A DNA stretch of 57,068 nucleotides from a virus (lineage: Duplodnaviria; Caudoviricetes): the IMG/VR virus record IMGVR_UViG_3300044796_000031, positions 1 through 57,068 of that record, one strand, 5' to 3'. Under the pieces are notes generated by a model that was not told where the DNA came from, searched no databases, and was given only the letters and a program-made list of their open reading frames with translations. The translations under genes were made by a program, and so were the position numbers. Below are positions 17,581-25,800 of this stretch, piece after piece. The number at the start of each line of letters is the position of its first letter. The first letter of the stretch is position 1.

Positions 17581-19461
17581 TTAACCCCACATTACTTGTC
17601 TGGAACCAGCGCGTGTTCCTAATTGTGATAACGTGCGCCGAAAAACTATAGTGACAGACACTGGAAGATAGGTAATCGCAATTATACCGGGCGCGCCCGC
17701 GCCTGCCGTACCTTGAGCAATAGCGCCGCCACCTGAGCCACCACCCCCACCACCGTAACTGCCACCCGCACCAGCATTCCCGGAAGTTCCGGATGTTGCA
17801 CCTGATGCGCCCCCTGAGCCACCACCGCCTGCACCAGCACCGTGGGACGAATCAAAGCAATTATCGCCTGTACCAACGCCACCCTTACCTGTTGAACCAG
17901 AAGCACCACTACTGCCTCCCGATCCCCCTCCACCACCACCATCTCCGGCAGTACCGTTGCCGCCATCGGCAGTTACTGTATTAGTCGTCGTTCCTGCTGT
18001 TCCTGAGCCGCCACCAGTCGTTGCATTACCACTGAATGTGCCTGCGCCACCTGCGCCATGTGTGGCAGTCCCAGCCGCACCGTTCGCTGCCGCGTTGTTA
18101 GGGCCGCCGCCACCTCCGCCACCGCCAGCAGTGTTTCCACCTTTACCGCCATTTGATGCCGCGCCAAGCAATCCACCCGCACCGCCACCCGCACCGCCAC
18201 CACCTGTCGATGTTCCTGTTGCTCCACCAGTTCCACCCGCTTTCTTGGTTGTTCCTGTAGAATTTGCGACCAAGCCACCTTTACCAGTCGTTGTTCCGCT
18301 CGCGTTCGTACCAAAATCAGCGATACAAGAAGCTGCGAAAGTACTTTTGGTAGAAGAGCCGCCAGCACCTATAGCCACCGTAACCGGACTGCTAGGGCTT
18401 TGGTTAAATACGATGGCATACGCACCACCGCCCCCACCAACTCCGCCTGTTGTCGTTGAACCAGCGGCCCCGTTACCACCTTCGCCTATAGCCTCGATTG
18501 TATTGTTTGCCGTATTAAAATCGCCTGGCACTGGCCAAGACGTTGTGCCTGTCAGAAGAAAAACTCTAGTCACAGTGACTGGAGTATAGGTGATAATGAT
18601 AAGACTCTGGCCACCAAATCCTTGCGAACCACCAGTTCCTGTTGCTTCACCGCCCGCGCCACCACCGCCACCGCCGTAAATAGCACTGTTACTACCGCCC
18701 TGGCTAACAAGAGTTGTGGCATGGCCGCCCCCCCCCGCGCCACCACCGGCTCCAAAAGAAGAACTCCAAGCAGTATCTACACCACCAACACCGCCGGTTC
18801 CGGCGTTACCTACAGTCCCTGCACCACCTCCGCCACCTCCGCCACCAGAAGTGCCAACGCCTCCCACCGAACCGGTAGCTCCAACCGCCCCTGATGCCCC
18901 AGCGCCAGAACCGCCCGTTCCCGCGCCGCCCGCACCGCCATTACCGCTTGCATCCGGGTTTAATCCTACTCCTGACGTTCCACCATTAGACCCCCCGCCA
19001 CCACCGCCGCCAAGATGTGTGGCGTCTGAAGTCCCGCCATTTTGACCGGCTCCAGTAGGCCCAGCAGAACCACCACCACCACCACCACCGGCAGCTAACG
19101 CTGAATTTCCACCAGCACCCCCGGCATATTTTGTAGTCCCCACACAGTTCGCTACTAGACCACCTGCGCCGCCTGTCGTACCACTCGCGTTAACCCCGTG
19201 ATCGGCCACCAAAGTTGAGCTGTTTTTGAACTGCGTGACAGTAGTATTAGTGCCAATCTGGATGGTTTCGCTAGTGCCACCCGCATCACTAAAATTTGCA
19301 ATGGCGGAGTAGGCACCACCCCCGCCACCACCACCACCTGTAACGGTAACACCCGCGCCGCCATCACCGCCATGACCAAGCGCCTCAATCGTATTGGCCG
19401 CTGTATTCCAATCGACAGGAAGCCTAAATGTCGTACCGCTGAGAATAAATACTTGCGTCAC
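17581..19461 (-). CDS. Glycine-rich tail/receptor-binding protein with two tandem Gly-rich domains
   Basis: Poly-G runs; two modules starting VFxLxGTT..P.D.NTA.NTIEA.G.GG. Confidence 0.8.
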   Translation of the reverse strand: MTQVFILSGTTFRLPVDWNTAANTIEALGHGGDGGAGVTVTGGGGGGGGAYSAIANFSDAGGTSETIQIGTNTTVTQFKNSSTLVADHGVNASGTTGGAGGLVANCVGTTKYAGGAGGNSALAAGGGGGGGSAGPTGAGQNGGTSDATHLGGGGGGGSNGGTSGVGLNPDASGNGGAGGAGTGGSGAGASGAVGATGSVGGVGTSGGGGGGGGAGTVGNAGTGGVGGVDTAWSSSFGAGGGAGGGGHATTLVSQGGSNSAIYGGGGGGAGGEATGTGGSQGFGGQSLIIITYTPVTVTRVFLLTGTTSWPVPGDFNTANNTIEAIGEGGNGAAGSTTTGGVGGGGGAYAIVFNQSPSSPVTVAIGAGGSSTKSTFAASCIADFGTNASGTTTGKGGLVANSTGTTKKAGGTGGATGTSTGGGGAGGGAGGLLGAASNGGKGGNTAGGGGGGGGPNNAAANGAAGTATHGAGGAGTFSGNATTGGGSGTAGTTTNTVTADGGNGTAGDGGGGGGSGGSSGASGSTGKGGVGTGDNCFDSSHGAGAGGGGSGGASGATSGTSGNAGAGGSYGGGGGGSGGGAIAQGTAGAGAPGIIAITYLPVSVTIVFRRTLSQLGTRAGSRQVMWG

Positions 19462-19464
19462 CGC

Positions 19465-19695
19465 TTATTCCCGCTCTTGAGGTTTAATCGTTGCCATCGC
19501 CTGCGCTACCATCGTGTGAATATGGATATGCAAATCTTCGTGCGTCATTTTATTGTAGACGTCTGGATGAATCGGAATGTGTGCATGGCCTTCTGGATGC
19601 CATGCTGGATCGCTAAGATTCTCAGCGTCGATAACAACCATGCGCGGCTGTTCGCTTTCGACATGGTAGACAACTGTTACGTTATTTTTTGCCAT
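19465..19695 (-). CDS. Small His-rich protein, possible fibre chaperone
   Basis: Lies between two fibre-like genes. Confidence 0.55.
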   Translation of the reverse strand: MAKNNVTVVYHVESEQPRMVVIDAENLSDPAWHPEGHAHIPIHPDVYNKMTHEDLHIHIHTMVAQAMATIKPQERE

Positions 19696-19699
19696 ATAG

Positions 19700-20719
19700 T
19701 TATCCTATTATACTAAAAGATGATTGTGAAATACCACCAGAAGCAGACAAAACTCCACCAGATAATGTTAATCCAGTGCTAACCGTAACATCACTAAAAA
19801 CTCCAGAATTATTATATCCAGCTAAGGTGTTATTAGAACTTGTTGCCATTGATATAGTCCCAGTAGTTGTAATTGGACCACCAGTAAGCCCTGTCCCTGT
19901 ATTTACCTGAGTTACAGTCCCTGACCCAGGGCCAGTGTTAGAAATAACACCGCCAGAAAGTGTTAATCCACTACCAACTGTTACCGTAGAAGCAGCGCCA
20001 GAGTTATTATACCCCAACAACTCATTTGCAGCCCCATTAGCCATTTTAGCTTGAGTAACGGCATTATTTGCTATGGTTGTCACAAAACTGTTGGCAGATG
20101 AAGTAACATCTCCACTTAATGCCGCTGTACCTAAATTTGCACCAGAGAAAGCTAAAGTTGGGCCAATCTCAATATCAGTTGGCGTTGTGATAGATACCGA
20201 TGGATTGCCCATTAAAGTCAAAGCAGGGTGTGTCGCATCAGAAAGTGTGATCGTTCCGTTCGATGTAATAGGCGATCCAGAAGCGCTCAGAAAGAAACTA
20301 TCGGCGGCTAGACCAACGCTAGTCACAGTTCCACCTGAAGCAGAAGATGAAATTATATATGGACTTAATGATGTCCCGCTACCAGATAAAGCGATATTGG
20401 ATCCAGCCGATATTTTACCGCTGATAGTCGTGACAGTCGCAGCATTGCCAGAAATGTCGATTTCAGCAGTTCCCGCACTGATATTTGCAGCCGTTAAATT
20501 TGTAAGTCCCGCACCATTCGCTGCGATTGTCCCGCCAGTGATATTAATATTATTATTAACCTGGAAAGCCATATTACCAAGGCTAGAAAGTGTCGTCAGT
20601 ATCCCATTAATATCATTAGATGCGGCTAGAAAGTTCGCACGAATGGGCGCAGATGCTAAATCAGAATCAGTACCAGGTATGGCTGTGTTGATAGTGCTTG
20701 GCATACTAGACAGTCTCAT
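19700..20719 (-). CDS. Tail fibre-like protein
   Basis: S/T/G-rich repeats (GTVTSV, LSGDVTS, GLTLSGG). Confidence 0.7.
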   Translation of the reverse strand: MRLSSMPSTINTAIPGTDSDLASAPIRANFLAASNDINGILTTLSSLGNMAFQVNNNINITGGTIAANGAGLTNLTAANISAGTAEIDISGNAATVTTISGKISAGSNIALSGSGTSLSPYIISSSASGGTVTSVGLAADSFFLSASGSPITSNGTITLSDATHPALTLMGNPSVSITTPTDIEIGPTLAFSGANLGTAALSGDVTSSANSFVTTIANNAVTQAKMANGAANELLGYNNSGAASTVTVGSGLTLSGGVISNTGPGSGTVTQVNTGTGLTGGPITTTGTISMATSSNNTLAGYNNSGVFSDVTVSTGLTLSGGVLSASGGISQSSFSIIG

Positions 20720-21005
20720 CCCATGTTAAAGGAGGCTGAGTAGAGTCCCATATTAAACCCGGCGTATCCCAACGTAACGGCTGAGGAGGAGCACTAAGCG
20801 CAATGCTCGTATCGGGGCGTGGTTTGCGCAGCGCTATAGCATCTGGAGCAATAGGTTTTTCGCGCCATGGATCCTTAGGATCTTCGCAATCATCACAAAC
20901 GCGCAGTCCCGGTGAGTTCTTATCTGCATGAAGCTCGGTGATTTTGTACTTAAAATTACAGCGGTCACAAACTGCTATAGCTACTCTATCTGAGAAGGTT
21001 CCCAT
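20706..21005 (-). CDS. Zn-finger virion-associated protein, paralogue 2
   Basis: AVCDRC..KY..GLRVCDDC.DPKDPW..PRPD. Confidence 0.75.
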   Translation of the reverse strand: MGTFSDRVAIAVCDRCNFKYKITELHADKNSPGLRVCDDCEDPKDPWREKPIAPDAIALRKPRPDTSIALSAPPQPLRWDTPGLIWDSTQPPLTWDETV

Positions 21006-21232
21006 TATTCATCTCCCGCTACTAGAGGAGTATCGGGGCGGGGGTATTTAAGAGTGATAGCATCCGGCTTAGGAGGGCTGAGTTTCCACGGGTCTTTAGG
21101 ATCGGCGCAAGACTCACACACGAAAAGACCGCGTATGTTACCATCATCACGTAGGTCAATATAATTATACTTGAAGCAGCAGCGGTCACAGATTGCTATG
21201 GAGGCGCGCCCATCGGAAAATCCAGCCATCAC
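21005..21232 (-). CDS. Zn-finger virion-associated protein, paralogue 1
   Basis: AICDRC..KY..GLFVCESC.DPKDPW..PRPD. Confidence 0.75.
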   Translation of the reverse strand: MMAGFSDGRASIAICDRCCFKYNYIDLRDDGNIRGLFVCESCADPKDPWKLSPPKPDAITLKYPRPDTPLVAGDE

Positions 21233-22320
21233 CGATACCCATTATTTCCGCTGCCACCATAACCACCGCCCGTATATCCCGATATTTGGTATCCGAGGAA
21301 GAAGTCTGAATGGTCCCGCTCATTTGTCCACATTAGTTGTCTAGCTTCTGTAGCCTTTGCCTCAAGAATTGGTGCGCGAGATAAGTCAGCACCAGGAAGA
21401 ATATATATAATTCTGGCTGCTAGGCTATACAATACTGTGTCTAATGCTCTTGGCGGCATCTCAATCGTATTGGAAAAATTACCCACATTTTGCAATACTC
21501 TGCGTCTCCAAACCACAAGAGAATTGAATGAATATTGACTCGCTGGCCAAATCCAAGCCTGCGGAATAATCTGACGATCAAACCAATATTGCAGAGGACG
21601 ACCAATCTGGTTTTTATATGGTAAATTCTGATAATCGTCTTTGTTTAAGCGCGAGATGATGATCTCGTTGCATGACGTGCCAAATACAAGCTCAGTCACA
21701 TTCAGCGTGCCACCCGATGTCTCACGCACGCGATAATATTGCGCAGCTTGTGGAGCACTAACATCCTGCCAATACCACTGGCCCACCGTGAAGGTGCTAA
21801 CGCCTGCTGCCGGTACAGATTCAACCCATGTAGTACCGTCTAGGGAATATTCATAGACTGGGTTTAAATCGCCTGTAGCATTGGCTAAAAGGCCAACGGT
21901 AACGATGGTCGTCATCGTCAGGAAGTTGTACGAGATATTGCCGTCTGGAGCAGTTTGAACGCAGGCAGTAGTCAGACTTTGATCGAACGCATTAGCTGCC
22001 GTACCGCCTGCGCTAGATGCAGGAAGGCCACCTGATGGAAGGTTATTGAACCGATAAAGCACATTCTCAAGATCAATCGTATCTTGGCTGAATTGGAGTA
22101 AATTTTGATTGAGATTTAGGCCGTAGATTTGCTTGTCAATGGTCCAGAGAAGCGTTCCTTCCTGAATCATGCTGTTTAACATCATTTGGAGTTCGTTTTT
22201 TATATCCGATACTTCTTCGGCACTTAATCTGCCGGGTAATTGACCACAGCGGCGCACAGACATTTCGATTAAGTCCATAACCGGGTAAGAAACGGGCGCT
22301 ACTGAATTTGATGTGGTCAT
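21229..22320 (-). CDS. Head-tail adaptor-like protein with inserted beta domain
   Basis: Likely start MTTSNS at 22320; LLWTI, YQNLPYK..GRPLQYWFDRQ..WIWP motifs of podovirus adaptor-type proteins. Confidence 0.6.
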   Translation of the reverse strand: MTTSNSVAPVSYPVMDLIEMSVRRCGQLPGRLSAEEVSDIKNELQMMLNSMIQEGTLLWTIDKQIYGLNLNQNLLQFSQDTIDLENVLYRFNNLPSGGLPASSAGGTAANAFDQSLTTACVQTAPDGNISYNFLTMTTIVTVGLLANATGDLNPVYEYSLDGTTWVESVPAAGVSTFTVGQWYWQDVSAPQAAQYYRVRETSGGTLNVTELVFGTSCNEIIISRLNKDDYQNLPYKNQIGRPLQYWFDRQIIPQAWIWPASQYSFNSLVVWRRRVLQNVGNFSNTIEMPPRALDTVLYSLAARIIYILPGADLSRAPILEAKATEARQLMWTNERDHSDFFLGYQISGYTGGGYGGSGNNGYR

Positions 22321-22380
22321 TGGAATAGCCCGCTGGATGAAAAACAACGAGCGCACGCAGATCCGCGCTTCCTATCGGCA

Positions 22381-22409
22381 ATAGTGGCATAAAATACTTG
22401 AAAGAGCAA
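22381..22409 (-). promoter_or_regulatory. Putative promoter for the adaptor/fibre/lysis operon
   Basis: TTGCTC-17 nt-CACTAT on - strand. Confidence 0.4.
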
Positions 22410-22558
22410 GATAGTTGTCAAGTTCCACCACATGTGGTATGCATGGGTTTGGGTGCAGTGGCATAAAACGCCTAAAGTGTCCCACAGAGAGTAGGGGATT
22501 TGGGAGCCGTGAAAACGACATTTACCCTATACTGTACCCAATAAATATGGAGAGTAGT

Positions 22559-22771
22559 ATGGCTAAACTTACCACCAAATCTAGAAACAAACTACCAAAG
22601 AGTGAATTTGGTCTTCCTAAAGAAGGCAAATATCCCATGCCCGACGCTAGTCACGCTGCCAACGCTAAAGCTCGCGCTACTCAGATGGTAGAGAAGGGTA
22701 AACTATCTGAATCAGCCAAGGCGAAAATTGATGCTAAAGCAAATAAAGTCCTCGGTAAAAAAGGCAAGTAA
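22559..22771 (+). CDS. Small basic protein (DUF6582-like), inverted relative to neighbours
   Basis: MAKLTTKSRNKLPKSEFGLP..KYPMPDASHAANAKARA; SD GGAGAG. Confidence 0.75.
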   Translation: MAKLTTKSRNKLPKSEFGLPKEGKYPMPDASHAANAKARATQMVEKGKLSESAKAKIDAKANKVLGKKGK

Positions 22772-22777
22772 AGGACG

Positions 22778-22804
22778 CCCCAAGTAATTAAAAACTGCTT
22801 GGGG
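22778..22804. terminator. Hairpin between convergent genes
   Basis: CCCCAAGT...GCTTGGGG. Confidence 0.45.
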
Positions 22805-22810
22805 ATGATC

Positions 22811-25800
22811 CTAGTTCTGCTTTTTCTGTAGATATTCACCAAGTTCCTTACGCGCCACAATCTTGGCCCCTGCAGGTTTTACACCCAATGCGCGCTCCAT
22901 CACCGATAAATGACTACCGGGCTTAGATTCTGCTATATTAGTAATAGAAAATGGCTCAAATCCTTTAGCCACATAAGCAGCTTGCGCCACGCCGGGCGTA
23001 CTTTCTACCCACGATTTAGATTTTGGATCGTAGATAGGCTTATTCTTCCAATCCGTATTCATCCATGCATCGAATAAATTCTTAGGCAACGACGCTACTT
23101 TATTGGACGCCTCCTCGGCAATTCCAGAAAGCGGCCCCTTGCTAGGAATAGGGCGCAAATTCTCAACTTCTTTTGCATGGCCAGGTAATACGCCCCGCTC
23201 AGGAACATTCCGGCCAAGCGTATGGTAAGTCCCACCTGTACGATAGTTAATCAAATCCTTTAAATCTTGCTCACTAGGCGTCTTGCAAGTTTTTAGGTAC
23301 GTCATTGTTGAGTTCGTGGCCGCGTATAAAGCCGCCGCGCTTGCTAGATAAAGCGGGCGGTCTAGATTATCTGGATTGAACTTCTTGCCGGTAGCGGCGT
23401 CATGAAGCATACGGTACATATCTAGTGGTGGACCACCAACCTGACGAATCAGGCCCAAATCCCAGCCGGGAGCACGGAAAGCTAGGCCAGTGACTTGTTT
23501 CGACATCTTGTTCCAAAAGATATTTTCCATATTCAATTCACCGAAGCGATCATCAATGAGATTGCCGATGCGGCTTTGCTGGACCTGAATTTGCTCTTTT
23601 GATGCCAATGGATTCTGGCGTAGCCAATCACCCATCAAATCCATAAATGAACTCATTTTGATAGCTGGAATATAATGGTCGAATAGCGGTGCGGATACGT
23701 CACTAACTACGCGACCCATGACTTCTGCACCTGATTTCAGCAAGCCAAGTCCATAACCTTCTTTAGCTTGCTTCTTGAGCTTATCTAGAAGTTCGGGTAA
23801 TTCTCCACGTTGTGCGGCCTTATAAAATCCTCGATGCGCCATTCTAGATAATGGATCTTGTCCGAGGTGGAGATTCGCCTTAGCAAAATGATCTGCCATA
23901 GCTTCCATATCTACACCATGGTCTTTGAGTGCTTTATATTGTTCGATACCTTTTAGACCAATTTTATAATGTGAACCGCCCATAAAAGCGGGTTTTGCGA
24001 ATTTCTTGGCTGCGTCAACAACGCCCTTCCAATCACCAGCTTTTGCATTTTTTAGTATACGCGCAAAATCTTGGTTTAGAGACTGAATCGTAATTGTGCC
24101 TGCGTGATAGGTAGACAAGCCCAATTCCATCATCGTATTGGCGTTAATAGCGCCTCTGGCTAGTTCATATACCGACTTAGCCTTAGTATCTTCAAAACCT
24201 TTCGAGTAGAAACGATTGTAGATCGTCGCCACATCGGACGGAGCATATAGCTGGAGGGTTCGCGCAGGAATGAGTTTGCCGCTTGCAGGATCGACCTTGG
24301 CGTTCTCAATCCGTTCGGCATTGTGACCAACCAACGGCTCATAACCGTCAGGCTGTATTCCCTTTGCATAATAACCACCGCCCAAGTCCTGGGTGATAGA
24401 CCGCAAAGCATCTACGGAAGCAATATAGTTGTTCATTGATCCAACGTAACGAGAAACTGCACGCACAGGGTTAGGCTCTTTGAGTTTAAGGCCAGCAGCA
24501 AGCCCTTCTTCAATTGTTGGAATCATACGCTTCTTCAGACTGCGCAATGAGCCTTGTTGGGCAATAAAATCGCTTGTAAACTTAGCCGCCGCTGCTTCGT
24601 CGTCCCACATATGGGTGAAATAATCCTGCACGAACCGCATCTGACGATTTTCCGGCATTGACTGAAGTTTTGCCTTCGTGCGGTCATAAACCTTGCGTAT
24701 TCCGTCTGCCATGCCTTGGAGTGACGGATCTTTTAACTTTGCACCTTGGCTACGACCCTCAACGTATTTGTAGAAATCACGTTGTCCAGTATCATCAAGT
24801 TTAGATGACTGCTTGGCAAACTTTGTCAGTTCGGTTTCATCAATGGCTTTCCTGCGTGATGCTTCACCATATGCCCTACGAATAGCGCCCGCTGTTTTCT
24901 TCGCGCCTTCACCAGCCATCGTCGGAGCGATAATATCCCGTATATCCTTATGAACGCTTACTGGAGCCGCACCACCTTCATCACTCAGTACGCGCTGCAT
25001 CAGACTATCTTCACCCAGAGCATCGTTGATTAGCTTTTTAATCTGCGTGAGGGTTTTTCCCTTAGTTTCGATATTCATCGTATGGGCGACATGCTCGACA
25101 TAGGCCGGATCATTTGCTTGTTGCTCTGCCGACTTCTCGCGCTTGTTTAGGATTTTATCAGCATCAACATCACGGAAATGCTCGCGTCCACCATTAGTAT
25201 CATTAATGAGATCATGAAAATCAGGAACCGACATACCTTCTTTGATATAGCCGTGTTGCTCTGCCAGCTCGCGCATAGTATCGACGGGTTTTCCATTTTG
25301 GCTGATTAGATCTTTGTGGCCTTGAGACAGAAGGTCGCCAGCATCATGAATATCTGGGCGGATTTTTCCGTTGTTGCGGATGAAGGTGTAGAGCGACGTT
25401 GGTTTTCCAATTTCGGATGGTTTGACGGTTTGGTTGGTTAGGGGTTTTTGCTCTTGTTTAGAAAGAGAATCCTTCCAAATTTTAAGCAATTTTAATGGCT
25501 CATTGGTAACTGATACCGCGTGAGGGAATTTAGTACCTCCAGTGCTATCTCCATACATCTTACTAAGAGATAAATAATCCTTATCAGAAAGATCGCTTAT
25601 AAATTTTCTGACTTTATTAATTTGCTTAACAATGGGATGCTTTCCGGCTTCTGGAAGTTGTTCAAAACTTCTGCGCGCGGGTAGTTTTGGCTCAACCAAC
25701 TCAACCTTATGTTCGGTCATTGCGGGTTCGGTTTTCGGCTTCACATCCAGCAAATCAGTCTGCCGTTGCGCTCCAGTATCAAACAAGCCCTCATCAGGTG

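Noticed and set aside
17957-19045. Pro-rich + strand ORFs
   Set aside because: Antisense shadows of poly-Gly codons in the Gly-rich gene.
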